Assembly (NCBI GenBank): GCA_046482545.1 | Contig: JAWOEX010000001.1 | Location: 1 to 36,716 of the forward strand | Length of the DNA stretch: 36,716 bases | DNA from: Candidatus Thorarchaeota archaeon | GTDB lineage: Archaea > Asgardarchaeota > Thorarchaeia > Thorarchaeales > Thorarchaeaceae | Direction: 5' to 3' | Shown: piece by piece, positions 26,059-34,363 of the stretch | How positions within the stretch are numbered: position 1 is the stretch's first letter | How the letters are laid out: every line of letters starts with the position of its first letter | Program-made: the position numbers and the translations under genes | The notes under the pieces: generated by a model | Seen by the model: the letters and a program-made list of their open reading frames with translations, nothing else | Told to the model about the DNA's origin: nothing | Database searches by the model: none

Positions 26059-27330
26059 CTATTCCTCTAGGACATCAAAAACTATTTCCCAGAAACTATT
26101 CTCAGATACCCCTGTTCTCAACTCTTTGAGATCTTCCTTTATCCTATCAAAGGATTCGAGGGACTGTTTCTTCTTCAAATCCTCGTGGGTCTTCTTGACT
26201 CGCTCGGTTATTTTTCGGGCTTCTGCCTTGCTTGCTTTGATTCCCCCCATCTTGAGCAGGTATTCAACAAAATGTCTCCCAATGAATTTGCCAAGGTGAA
26301 ACTGACGTTTTCTTCCGACTGTCTCAGGGCTAATAGGTTCGTACGTCATTGAGTGAGTGAGCTGCCCGTGAGAGTGGATACCACTTGAGTGGGTGAATGC
26401 ATTGTCACCTGTTATTGGTTTATGCAAAGGTAATGGAACTACAAAGTGCCGTTCAACCAGTTTCGATAGTTCATGGATTTTCTCTGTATCTATTCCCGTG
26501 TCGATGCCGTACAGACTCTCAAGGGACATAACAATTTCTTCAAATGCCGCATTACCTGCTCGCTCACCATAGCCGTTAACACATACTTGGGGATAAATTG
26601 CGCCTTCCTCTATTGCAGCCAATGTGTTTGCAGCGGCTAGACCAAAGTCATCGTGACAATGGACCGAGATTGGAACTTTATATCTGCTCTTTGTCCACAA
26701 TCGGTCTTTGATTTCCTGCATCATGTATTTCATTACTTGAGGCCGAACAAAACCCACAGTATCTGCTATGCATATCTTATCAGCCCCGGCATCGATGGCT
26801 GTCTTGTAGGCTTTGCACAGGAATTCCATGTCGCTTCTGGTAGCGTCTTCTGCAATGTAATCGATTGTGAGTCCATGTTCCTTCCCATATTCTATGCACT
26901 CAGTGAGTCGTTCAAGCATTTCGTCTCTAGTCATCCGAAGCTGGTATTTCAACCTGAAATCTGAGGTAGCTATAAAGACAGGGACTTCCTCAACCTCTGC
27001 TTCTATACAATGATCTATGTCATCAATTACAGCCCTCGCAGGAGCACCTACAACGGCATTGCTGAAACCCTCTCTTGCTACGGCTGCAACGGCTTCCTTT
27101 TCACCTTCCGACACTGCTGGAAAGCCCACGACTACAATAGCTGTCCCTACTTCATCCAACATTTTTGCAATGTCTATTTTCTCACCGTTAGTTAGTGCGA
27201 CGCCCGGTGTCTGCTCTCCATCCCTGAGTGTCTCATCCCAAATCAAGACCTCTTCTGGCAGGCTCTTTGGCCTAGTTTCTTGGAGCTTGTTATAGTCGAC
27301 AGCCAATCCAGCTTTCTCTAGGGACTCCAT
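26059..27330 (-). CDS. DRE-TIM synthase of the isopropylmalate/citramalate/homocitrate family, without a LeuA-type regulatory domain
   Basis: DETLRDGEQTPG, ADTVG, HCHDDFG, GYGERAGNA and AFTHSSGIH motifs; 423 aa. Confidence 0.92.
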   Translation of the reverse strand: MESLEKAGLAVDYNKLQETRPKSLPEEVLIWDETLRDGEQTPGVALTNGEKIDIAKMLDEVGTAIVVVGFPAVSEGEKEAVAAVAREGFSNAVVGAPARAVIDDIDHCIEAEVEEVPVFIATSDFRLKYQLRMTRDEMLERLTECIEYGKEHGLTIDYIAEDATRSDMEFLCKAYKTAIDAGADKICIADTVGFVRPQVMKYMMQEIKDRLWTKSRYKVPISVHCHDDFGLAAANTLAAIEEGAIYPQVCVNGYGERAGNAAFEEIVMSLESLYGIDTGIDTEKIHELSKLVERHFVVPLPLHKPITGDNAFTHSSGIHSHGQLTHSMTYEPISPETVGRKRQFHLGKFIGRHFVEYLLKMGGIKASKAEARKITERVKKTHEDLKKKQSLESFDRIKEDLKELRTGVSENSFWEIVFDVLEE

Positions 27331-27371
27331 ATGCTTTTCTCCTTGGCTATACCTGTTTCAATCAGGTATAT

Positions 27372-27920
27372 CTATACAAATCGGTAGTGGCCTTTTTTGG
27401 GAACTGAGTCGAGCGCCTTGTCTAGCTGAGCAAGAGCTTCGTCATGTTCCTTCTTGGATATACTACCTTTCTCTAGCTTCTTCTGGAGTTTGCTCCTTTT
27501 GTATTCTATTTTACCACGATTGACATATATTAGCCTTAGAGATGAATCAATGATTGCTTTTGTACCCGCTTCTTCCGCAATTGCTTCAAGTAGTGGTTTC
27601 CAGCATATTTCCTCAATGTGGAAGCTGTATTCAAGGCCCCGCTCATGTACCCTTTCCCATATTGGGCACGAGCTAACATGAATCTCGGAGCCATCTACTT
27701 CTAGGTTCAGCCCGATAGCTCTCATGATATCAGCAGCTAGAGCAGCCGCTTCCTCGGGTCCTTTGGTTCCTTGTTCCTGAGCAGCTTGCTTTCCAATGAG
27801 CTCGAAGCCATTGGCGTATCCTTCGTACATGGAAAGAGCACCCACATTATCTCTTAAGCCCCACCATAGGCCGTCAAGAAAAGACGTGAAAGCCTGTTGA
27901 AGTTTCTCTAGTTCACTCAT
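27372..27920 (-). CDS. Hypothetical protein, possibly V4R-like fold with a basic coiled tail
   Basis: ATG 27920 overlaps the end of the nitroreductase gene; HVSSCPIW..EEICW Cys pattern. Confidence 0.6.
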   Translation of the reverse strand: MSELEKLQQAFTSFLDGLWWGLRDNVGALSMYEGYANGFELIGKQAAQEQGTKGPEEAAALAADIMRAIGLNLEVDGSEIHVSSCPIWERVHERGLEYSFHIEEICWKPLLEAIAEEAGTKAIIDSSLRLIYVNRGKIEYKRSKLQKKLEKGSISKKEHDEALAQLDKALDSVPKKGHYRFV

Positions 27921-28671
27921 CTTCAATCCCCCTTGGTTTTTGCCAATTATTTTCCCATTCGTCGACAAATGTTACCTCTTCGGGCGCCTGTCTAGGCGGC
28001 CCGAGTGTCCGCTCGAATTTTGGATATCCAAGTGTAAGGCAGAGGATTGGTACCCAATGCGGATGCGGAATATCAAGTCGTTCACTTATTGCACGGACAT
28101 CCTTGAAGTGGTCCAGCTGAACCGATGATACGCAGCTACCAACTCCAAGTGAAGTTGCAGCCAAGGCCATGTTTTGTAGCATCATGGCTCCTGCTATAAC
28201 TGCATGTCTTGGTGCCGACCAACCGTACACCCCGCCTGTTCCTCTTAGGGTAGGCTGGGAATTTCCCACATGCGTTCTCTGAACGGCAAGAACAAGCAAA
28301 ACTGGTGCTCCGTCTGTCTCGGGTTCTCCTTTGATGTACTCGAATCGCTGACCTGTAATCAAAATATCAATAACCCGTTCAAGACTCGGTTTGGCCTGTA
28401 TGTAACTTAGTCTCCTTTCAAGCTCCTGTCGGGGAGTTGCCCTTCCAAATAGCTCAATCGTTCGATCAACAGCAATTTGGCCAATGAACTTCTGAGTCTC
28501 CTCGTCTCGTACAATAATCAACCGCCATGGCTGCTGATTCTCTGCGCTTGGCGCGTATGTTCCTGCTTCTATGATTTTGTAGAGGATCTCATCGGGAATT
28601 GCCTTTTCGGTATCATAATCCCGAATTGCGCGTCTCCCTTTGATGATCCTGATTGTCTCGTTATCCTCCAA
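27913..28671 (-). CDS. Nitroreductase family flavoprotein
   Basis: GRRAIRDY, APSAENQQPW, QNMALAATSLGVGSC and LTLGYP motifs. Confidence 0.92.
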   Translation of the reverse strand: MEDNETIRIIKGRRAIRDYDTEKAIPDEILYKIIEAGTYAPSAENQQPWRLIIVRDEETQKFIGQIAVDRTIELFGRATPRQELERRLSYIQAKPSLERVIDILITGQRFEYIKGEPETDGAPVLLVLAVQRTHVGNSQPTLRGTGGVYGWSAPRHAVIAGAMMLQNMALAATSLGVGSCVSSVQLDHFKDVRAISERLDIPHPHWVPILCLTLGYPKFERTLGPPRQAPEEVTFVDEWENNWQKPRGIEDE

Positions 28672-28771
28672 CGTTTTCTTTCTCCTTTGAGCAGTAGACT
28701 AGTGGTTCGTGATAGCTCCCTCTTAAGTAAGTAACCCACAAGGTATACTGTGACTAGTTACCGGGGAGATG

Positions 28772-29986
28772 CTAATCTTCGTCAGAGACCATCGGAGCAT
28801 CTCTACCATCGTACTCGACTTCGAAGCCCGTATCAATCTCTGCTGCATCCTTCAGAATGGCATTTCCTGCAACCAAGCGCTGGATTTCGTTCGTACCCTC
28901 GTATATTTGGCATAGCTTTGCATCTCGCATGAGTTTCTCAACCGGATATTCCGTAAGGTAACCGTAACCACCCATGATTTGAACAGCATCCACAGCGTTG
29001 TCCATGGCGGCGTCTGAAGCAAAGAATTTGGCAAACGATGAATTCTTGGATACGGGCATACCTTGGTCACCCATCCATGCCGCATATCTCGTAAGCTGTC
29101 TGGCTGCCTCAGCTCGTGCACCCATATCAGCCAATTTGAAACCAATACCTTGGAATTTGCCAATTGGACGTCCGAACTGCTCTCGCTTATTTGCAAATTT
29201 CGCTGCTTCATCTACGGCTCTCTGAGCAACACCTGTTGCAATGGCTGCGATGCCAGCTCGGGTTTTGTCAAGGGTCATCATTGCAATCTTGAATCCTTGA
29301 CCCTCTTCGCCCACGAGACAATCTTCGGGAACTCTTACGTTATCAAAAATCACTTCACTCTGAACTGAATTCTTCTGTCCCATCTTGTTTTCAATATGTC
29401 CAATTTCGACACCTTCCTTTTTTGGAACCATGAATACTGACAGACCCCTATGACCAGCTTCAGGGTCGGTTACTGCGAAAACCGTAAAGAGAGAAGCAAC
29501 GGGGGCATTTGTAGCAAAGCATTTGACGCCATTGATAACGTATTCATCACCATCACGTTCAGCTCGCGTTTTATTGCCCGCAACATCAGAGCCCGCTTCT
29601 CGCTCGGTCAAACAGAATGCAGCAAATTCAGGTTTGCTGCCGGTTATCATTGGTTCTACATACTTTTTCAACTGTTCAGTCGTTGCACCAATCAGCAGCG
29701 GTGCAAATGCTAGATTGTTGCACATGATTGATGTCGCACAGCCGGCACACCCGTATCCGGTTGCCTCTGAAACAAGTGTCTCCGCCAAGAGCGAAAGACC
29801 CGGACCCCCTGCTTCTTCTGGAATATGGAGGTTCATCAGTCCCTTTTCATAGGCTTTTTCGACGATTTCTCTGGGAAATTCGTCTTCCTTTTCGAGATCG
29901 TTTGCGTAAGGTGTGATGTACTCCTTTGTGAAGTTCACACTGCGTTCCCATAGCCGTTTTTCTTTGTCTGATAACGCGAAGTCCAT
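28772..29986 (-). CDS. Acyl-CoA dehydrogenase
   Basis: FCLTEREAGSD, INGVKCFATN, KMGQ, REQFGRPI, QIMGGYGY and IYEGTNEIQR motifs. Confidence 0.96.
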   Translation of the reverse strand: MDFALSDKEKRLWERSVNFTKEYITPYANDLEKEDEFPREIVEKAYEKGLMNLHIPEEAGGPGLSLLAETLVSEATGYGCAGCATSIMCNNLAFAPLLIGATTEQLKKYVEPMITGSKPEFAAFCLTEREAGSDVAGNKTRAERDGDEYVINGVKCFATNAPVASLFTVFAVTDPEAGHRGLSVFMVPKKEGVEIGHIENKMGQKNSVQSEVIFDNVRVPEDCLVGEEGQGFKIAMMTLDKTRAGIAAIATGVAQRAVDEAAKFANKREQFGRPIGKFQGIGFKLADMGARAEAARQLTRYAAWMGDQGMPVSKNSSFAKFFASDAAMDNAVDAVQIMGGYGYLTEYPVEKLMRDAKLCQIYEGTNEIQRLVAGNAILKDAAEIDTGFEVEYDGRDAPMVSDED

Positions 29987-30144
29987 TCTAACGTAACCTC
30001 AATAGTCTGGTGTTTTGGCTTCTCCCTTATATCTCTAATTAGTAAAGAAATGAATCTCACTTGGTTCTTTACCGTTCTTGGCATACCTTTTTTTAGCATG
30101 AGATAATTTCAACTCACACTACAAGCTGAGGTGTCAAATGGAAA

Positions 30145-31317
30145 TTGCCTTTGCATAACACTTGCATTGTAAGCGCCGCTCAAACGAAATTTGGTAGGCT
30201 AAAGGGCCTAAGCCTTCGGGAGATTTTTGGGGAAGCTGTTGACAAGGCCACTATCGAAGCAGGTATCCCGAAAGAAGATATCCAAGCCGCATTTATCGGG
30301 ACATTCATTCCAGAGATGCTCGTTCATCAGGGTCATACAGCCCCTCTTCTGATTGATTTCGCTGGTATGAGGGGAATCCCTGCAACGCGTCATGAAGCAG
30401 CCTGCGCATCTGGAGCTACAGCCCTGCGGTCTGCCATTATGGCAATAGAATCGGGGCTCTATGATACGGTTCTTGTAGCTGCAGCTGAGAAAATGACTTC
30501 TGTGTCAACCAATCGGGCCACTGAAGCTTTGGCTGCTGCAGCAGATGATAAATTCGAGTCAAGTATGGGTCTAACTTTCCCGGGTGTGTTTGGAATTGCT
30601 GCTGTAAGCCATATGGATGAATATGGTACCACAGAAGAGGACATGGCCAGGGTGGCTGTGAAGGCGCACAAGAATGCGTCCACTAACCCCCTTGCGCAGT
30701 TTCAGAAACCGATTTCGCTGGAAAAAGCCGTGAATTCGAGGTATGTTGCTTGGCCTCTCAAGCTCTTCGATTGTTCCCCGATATCTGATGGTGGTGCTGC
30801 TCTTGTGCTCACCTCAAATGAGAAAGCAAAGGAATACACAGATACGCCCGTGAAAATAGCAGGTTCAGGACAAGCATCAGCATCTATGAATCTCTGTGAT
30901 AGAGCTCATCTTACTTCATTCGATGCTTCGATTGCGGCTGGCAAACAGGCGTATGAAATGGCTGGTGTTGATCCCGAGGATATTGATGTAGCTGTTGTAC
31001 ATGATTGCTTTACGATTGCAGAGATTATTGCATCTGAAGATCTTGGGTTCTTTGAGCCTGGAGAAGCTGCAACTGCTCTAAGGGATGGTGAAACCGAGAT
31101 AGATGGTTCGAAGCCAATAAACCCAATGGGCGGACTGAAAGCTGTTGGTCACCCTGTCGGAGCAACTGGCGTAAAGCAGATTGTGGTAATCTACAAAGAG
31201 CTTCTTGGCGAAGCTGGAAAGAACCAAGTGCCGAAACATGACATGGGGATAGCCCATAATTTTGGTGGGACCGGGGCAACCAGCGTTGTAACTATCTTGA
31301 GGAGGCATGATGCATGA
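30145..31317 (+). CDS. Acetyl-CoA acetyltransferase (archaeal thiolase)
   Basis: EAACASG (catalytic Cys), DCSPISDG, VHDCF and GHPVGATG motifs. Confidence 0.94.
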   Translation: MPLHNTCIVSAAQTKFGRLKGLSLREIFGEAVDKATIEAGIPKEDIQAAFIGTFIPEMLVHQGHTAPLLIDFAGMRGIPATRHEAACASGATALRSAIMAIESGLYDTVLVAAAEKMTSVSTNRATEALAAAADDKFESSMGLTFPGVFGIAAVSHMDEYGTTEEDMARVAVKAHKNASTNPLAQFQKPISLEKAVNSRYVAWPLKLFDCSPISDGGAALVLTSNEKAKEYTDTPVKIAGSGQASASMNLCDRAHLTSFDASIAAGKQAYEMAGVDPEDIDVAVVHDCFTIAEIIASEDLGFFEPGEAATALRDGETEIDGSKPINPMGGLKAVGHPVGATGVKQIVVIYKELLGEAGKNQVPKHDMGIAHNFGGTGATSVVTILRRHDA

Positions 31318-31706
31318 GCGAAAAACCTACTGTTGATGAATATCTAACGAATATCGAGAATAGTGAATTCAAGGCCTACAAGTGCTCAGAATGTGGTGCG
31401 ATTCTAGCTCCTCCATCTGGTGCATGTTACAGCTGTGGTGGTACTGACATGGAATGGACCACTGTGAGTGGAAAGGGCACACTCGTCTCTTACACAGTGA
31501 TTCATGTATCCCCAGATGAATTCGTAGACGAAGTGCCATATTATGTGGCCATTGTGAAACTAGAAGAAGGTACGAGTATCACCAGTCGACTTATGGGTTT
31601 CGATCCTCTGAAACCAGAAGAAGAACTGGAGATAGGTATGGACCTCGTATTGGACTACCAGAAGGGTAGCTCAGGAAAGACATACCTAGCTTTCAGAAAG
31701 GCATAG
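31314..31706 (+). CDS. DUF35 Zn-ribbon/OB-fold protein
   Basis: CSECG..PP..CYSCG, GKGTLVSYTVIH and PYYVAIVKLEEG; ATGA overlap with the thiolase. Confidence 0.92.
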   Translation: MSEKPTVDEYLTNIENSEFKAYKCSECGAILAPPSGACYSCGGTDMEWTTVSGKGTLVSYTVIHVSPDEFVDEVPYYVAIVKLEEGTSITSRLMGFDPLKPEEELEIGMDLVLDYQKGSSGKTYLAFRKA

Positions 31707-31748
31707 AAGAATCAATTCTCGGGAATAATTGGTGTGAGACCAAGTCTA

Positions 31749-32492
31749 TTATTTGGTCTCCGCCATCCCAAGAAATTCTTTTTCCATGAAATTTTTCCAG
31801 TCAAGTCGTGCTATTACATAGAGTGCGACAAGAACAAGAAGAACACCTATGAGCTCTATTCCATGTGATACTATGTTAGCGGAGGGGTCGTGAATCACAA
31901 AATCGCTTACCCATTCAAGGCCTAACCGACCAGCCCACGCAATACCAGCTAGGAACATGGACTTACCCAGCAAGCCAGGAACAAATACCTTCCACCAGGT
32001 ATACTTTGCAGTTCCGAGGGGTACAACTAAGACATCGTCGGGCAATGGAGTGATTGCCAAAAACCACACGAGTAATGGGGTCAGGCGAGGATGAGATGTA
32101 ATGAGGTTTGAGAAAGATTCCTGTTTTTCTTCTTCGATGAATCTACCGCCCAAGAATCCAAGGATGTAACCTGTCATCTCCCCAAGCTGAGCTCCAAGTC
32201 CTGCAGCTAGACCTACGAGCCAGGGATTAAAGACAAAGGCATGAGTGAAAGAATCTCTGAACCCGCCCAAGATGAAAGGCACAACAAGATACGGGATTGG
32301 AAAAAGGATTGTAGCATTACCAACGAATGAAACCGCCAGAGCTCCTGCGTACCCCATCGCAGAAGCGATATTCAGCAGCCAATCATAGACTGTAACGAAC
32401 AGCGTTGTAAAGGAAGGAGAAAGCAAGGCTAGCACATAGTAACCTATGGCCATAATGGTGCAAAACAGAAAGAATGCATCAACCCGCTTCAT
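31749..32492 (-). CDS. DedA/VTT (SNARE-associated) family membrane protein
   Basis: GAQLGEMTGYILG..GG and ITPLPDDVLVVPLG..GK motifs. Confidence 0.85.
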   Translation of the reverse strand: MKRVDAFFLFCTIMAIGYYVLALLSPSFTTLFVTVYDWLLNIASAMGYAGALAVSFVGNATILFPIPYLVVPFILGGFRDSFTHAFVFNPWLVGLAAGLGAQLGEMTGYILGFLGGRFIEEEKQESFSNLITSHPRLTPLLVWFLAITPLPDDVLVVPLGTAKYTWWKVFVPGLLGKSMFLAGIAWAGRLGLEWVSDFVIHDPSANIVSHGIELIGVLLVLVALYVIARLDWKNFMEKEFLGMAETK

Positions 32493-32636
32493 CTCGTGCT
32501 ATCCCACCTATTTCGCGCCACAGAGGGCGTTATCAAGTTTGTCTTTGTCTGCAGAAGTAGCTCGAGGAGCACTCTGTCTTCTCTCGTTATATCCTTAAGT
32601 GATATGAGCAGCAACACATGAGTAGTGACATTCCTC

Positions 32637-33866
32637 ATGGTGGTAGAGTTTCCATATGGTGATGATTGCATCACACTCGAAGAGCAGCAGGAAGTCAAGA
32701 GTGAAATCGTCTACCCCACGAGAGTTGCTTCTATTGATACCAATGAAGGATTTCAACAAGCATTGTCTAGGCAAGATCATGCTAAACATCTCAGTCACAT
32801 TATTCGAAAAGCAGAATCAGCAACGATTTCGATTGAAACGAAATACTTGAGATCAATGCTAGAACCTATGCTCAGTGAACTGCTCAATCAGCTTGTTGGA
32901 GCAGGCATTCCTCCTGAAGCTATCAATGTTGTATTCAATGAGCGAGATATTGAACGCTCAGGAATAGATATCACATCCATTTCAACTGAACAAGCTCTTG
33001 TTGACTGCAATATTGTCCGACACAATCCATCAGATACAAGTGATCTCGTATGGGTGGGCGAAACAGTAACTTCGAACAGCATTATGCTCCGCGATATCTG
33101 TACGAGGACTGATTTTCGTGTTGGCTTGGGTGCAATTGTCCCTGATGCCCTCATCGGAGCTTCTGGAGGAGGAACAGCCATTCTTCCGAACATCACGGGC
33201 GAGGAAACCATATTCTGCAATCATCGAATGCGCATGCATACAAAACCTCGATTCTTTGATATTACACAACCAGCTGCCAGAGATATTGCTGAAGCAGCTC
33301 GTCTTGGAAATCTCGATTATGTATTCAATTGTGTCATGAATGGATTTGGACGTCCTGTATCAATTGTGGCCGGATTTTTTCCAGATGCTTGGAATCAGGG
33401 GGTCCAAACAGCTGAACGCATAACCGTGAAAAACACCCCTGATTGTGCATCGATTGTGGTAGTTGGTGGAGGAGGCGAGCCCTTTGACGCCACGATATAT
33501 GACGTCTTAGATTGCCTGCTGGCTGCAGAAAGGATAACAATGCATGGTGGAACAATTATTCTGGTCGCTGAATGCAAGCAAGGGTTTGGCCCGTCGGGAT
33601 TTGAAAAAGGAATGACTGATAACGCTGTTTCATTGAACAACACCGAATTTCAAGTAGGCATGGAAAAAGCCCATCTCCTCCGACGAATCATTGAAACTAG
33701 AAATCTCATAATTGTAACAGATATTCATAGAATGGCTGTTGAAGGTGTGCTGAAGGCGAGGAAAGCTAACACACTCCATGATGCTATTGATATGGCATTG
33801 GCCAATCACCCATCGTATCCCCGAACCGTCATTATTCCTGATGGACGGTTCATTTACTTTAGATAA
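32637..33866 (+). CDS. LarA (lactate racemase) superfamily protein, degenerate active site
   Basis: FPYG N-terminus, VRHNP, GASGG, ILP, NH, GGEPFD..Y and GGTIILVAEC..G motifs. Start is ATG 32637 or GTG 32625. Confidence 0.82.
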   Translation: MVVEFPYGDDCITLEEQQEVKSEIVYPTRVASIDTNEGFQQALSRQDHAKHLSHIIRKAESATISIETKYLRSMLEPMLSELLNQLVGAGIPPEAINVVFNERDIERSGIDITSISTEQALVDCNIVRHNPSDTSDLVWVGETVTSNSIMLRDICTRTDFRVGLGAIVPDALIGASGGGTAILPNITGEETIFCNHRMRMHTKPRFFDITQPAARDIAEAARLGNLDYVFNCVMNGFGRPVSIVAGFFPDAWNQGVQTAERITVKNTPDCASIVVVGGGGEPFDATIYDVLDCLLAAERITMHGGTIILVAECKQGFGPSGFEKGMTDNAVSLNNTEFQVGMEKAHLLRRIIETRNLIIVTDIHRMAVEGVLKARKANTLHDAIDMALANHPSYPRTVIIPDGRFIYFR

Positions 33867-33916
33867 TAGGGAAAGAAATCGTATAGGGCACAAGATATTA
33901 GCCGGATTCGCTAGTC

Positions 33917-34231
33917 TTATTCATCGAACATTGCATCCACTGCAGATATGGCATTACGGGCTTCCTGTTGAGTGAATTCTTTTAGATCCCCGGATTTGGC
34001 TATTCTGATGGTAACAACTGCCTTATCATCTCGAGGTTTCATTTCCCACGTTAATTCAAAATTGGGTTGCTCTTCTACGAATTTCTTCAACATTTCAAGC
34101 CATGCTTTCTTGACATCCGAAAGATCAGCATACATGAATTTGATGAGAGGAGTAGTGATTTCGATTCTCAGAATCTTGCCAGACTCAATGTAATAGTTGT
34201 CAATGTCCCACGTAGTACTTTCCAATGTCAT
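33917..34231 (-). CDS. Hypothetical protein
   Basis: 104-aa ORF with GAGGGTG upstream, filling the gap between neighbouring genes. Confidence 0.65.
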   Translation of the reverse strand: MTLESTTWDIDNYYIESGKILRIEITTPLIKFMYADLSDVKKAWLEMLKKFVEEQPNFELTWEMKPRDDKAVVTIRIAKSGDLKEFTQQEARNAISAVDAMFDE

Positions 34232-34363
34232 AGCACCCTCGAATGGATTGCTGCAGAGCCTACTAAAATGTTTGAGTAATGGCTAGTCATCCGATTGATA
34301 AGTCTTGTTTGCTCTAAGTACGAGGTCTGCAATTTCGTTAATCATGGAATGCGTAGTGGTCTA

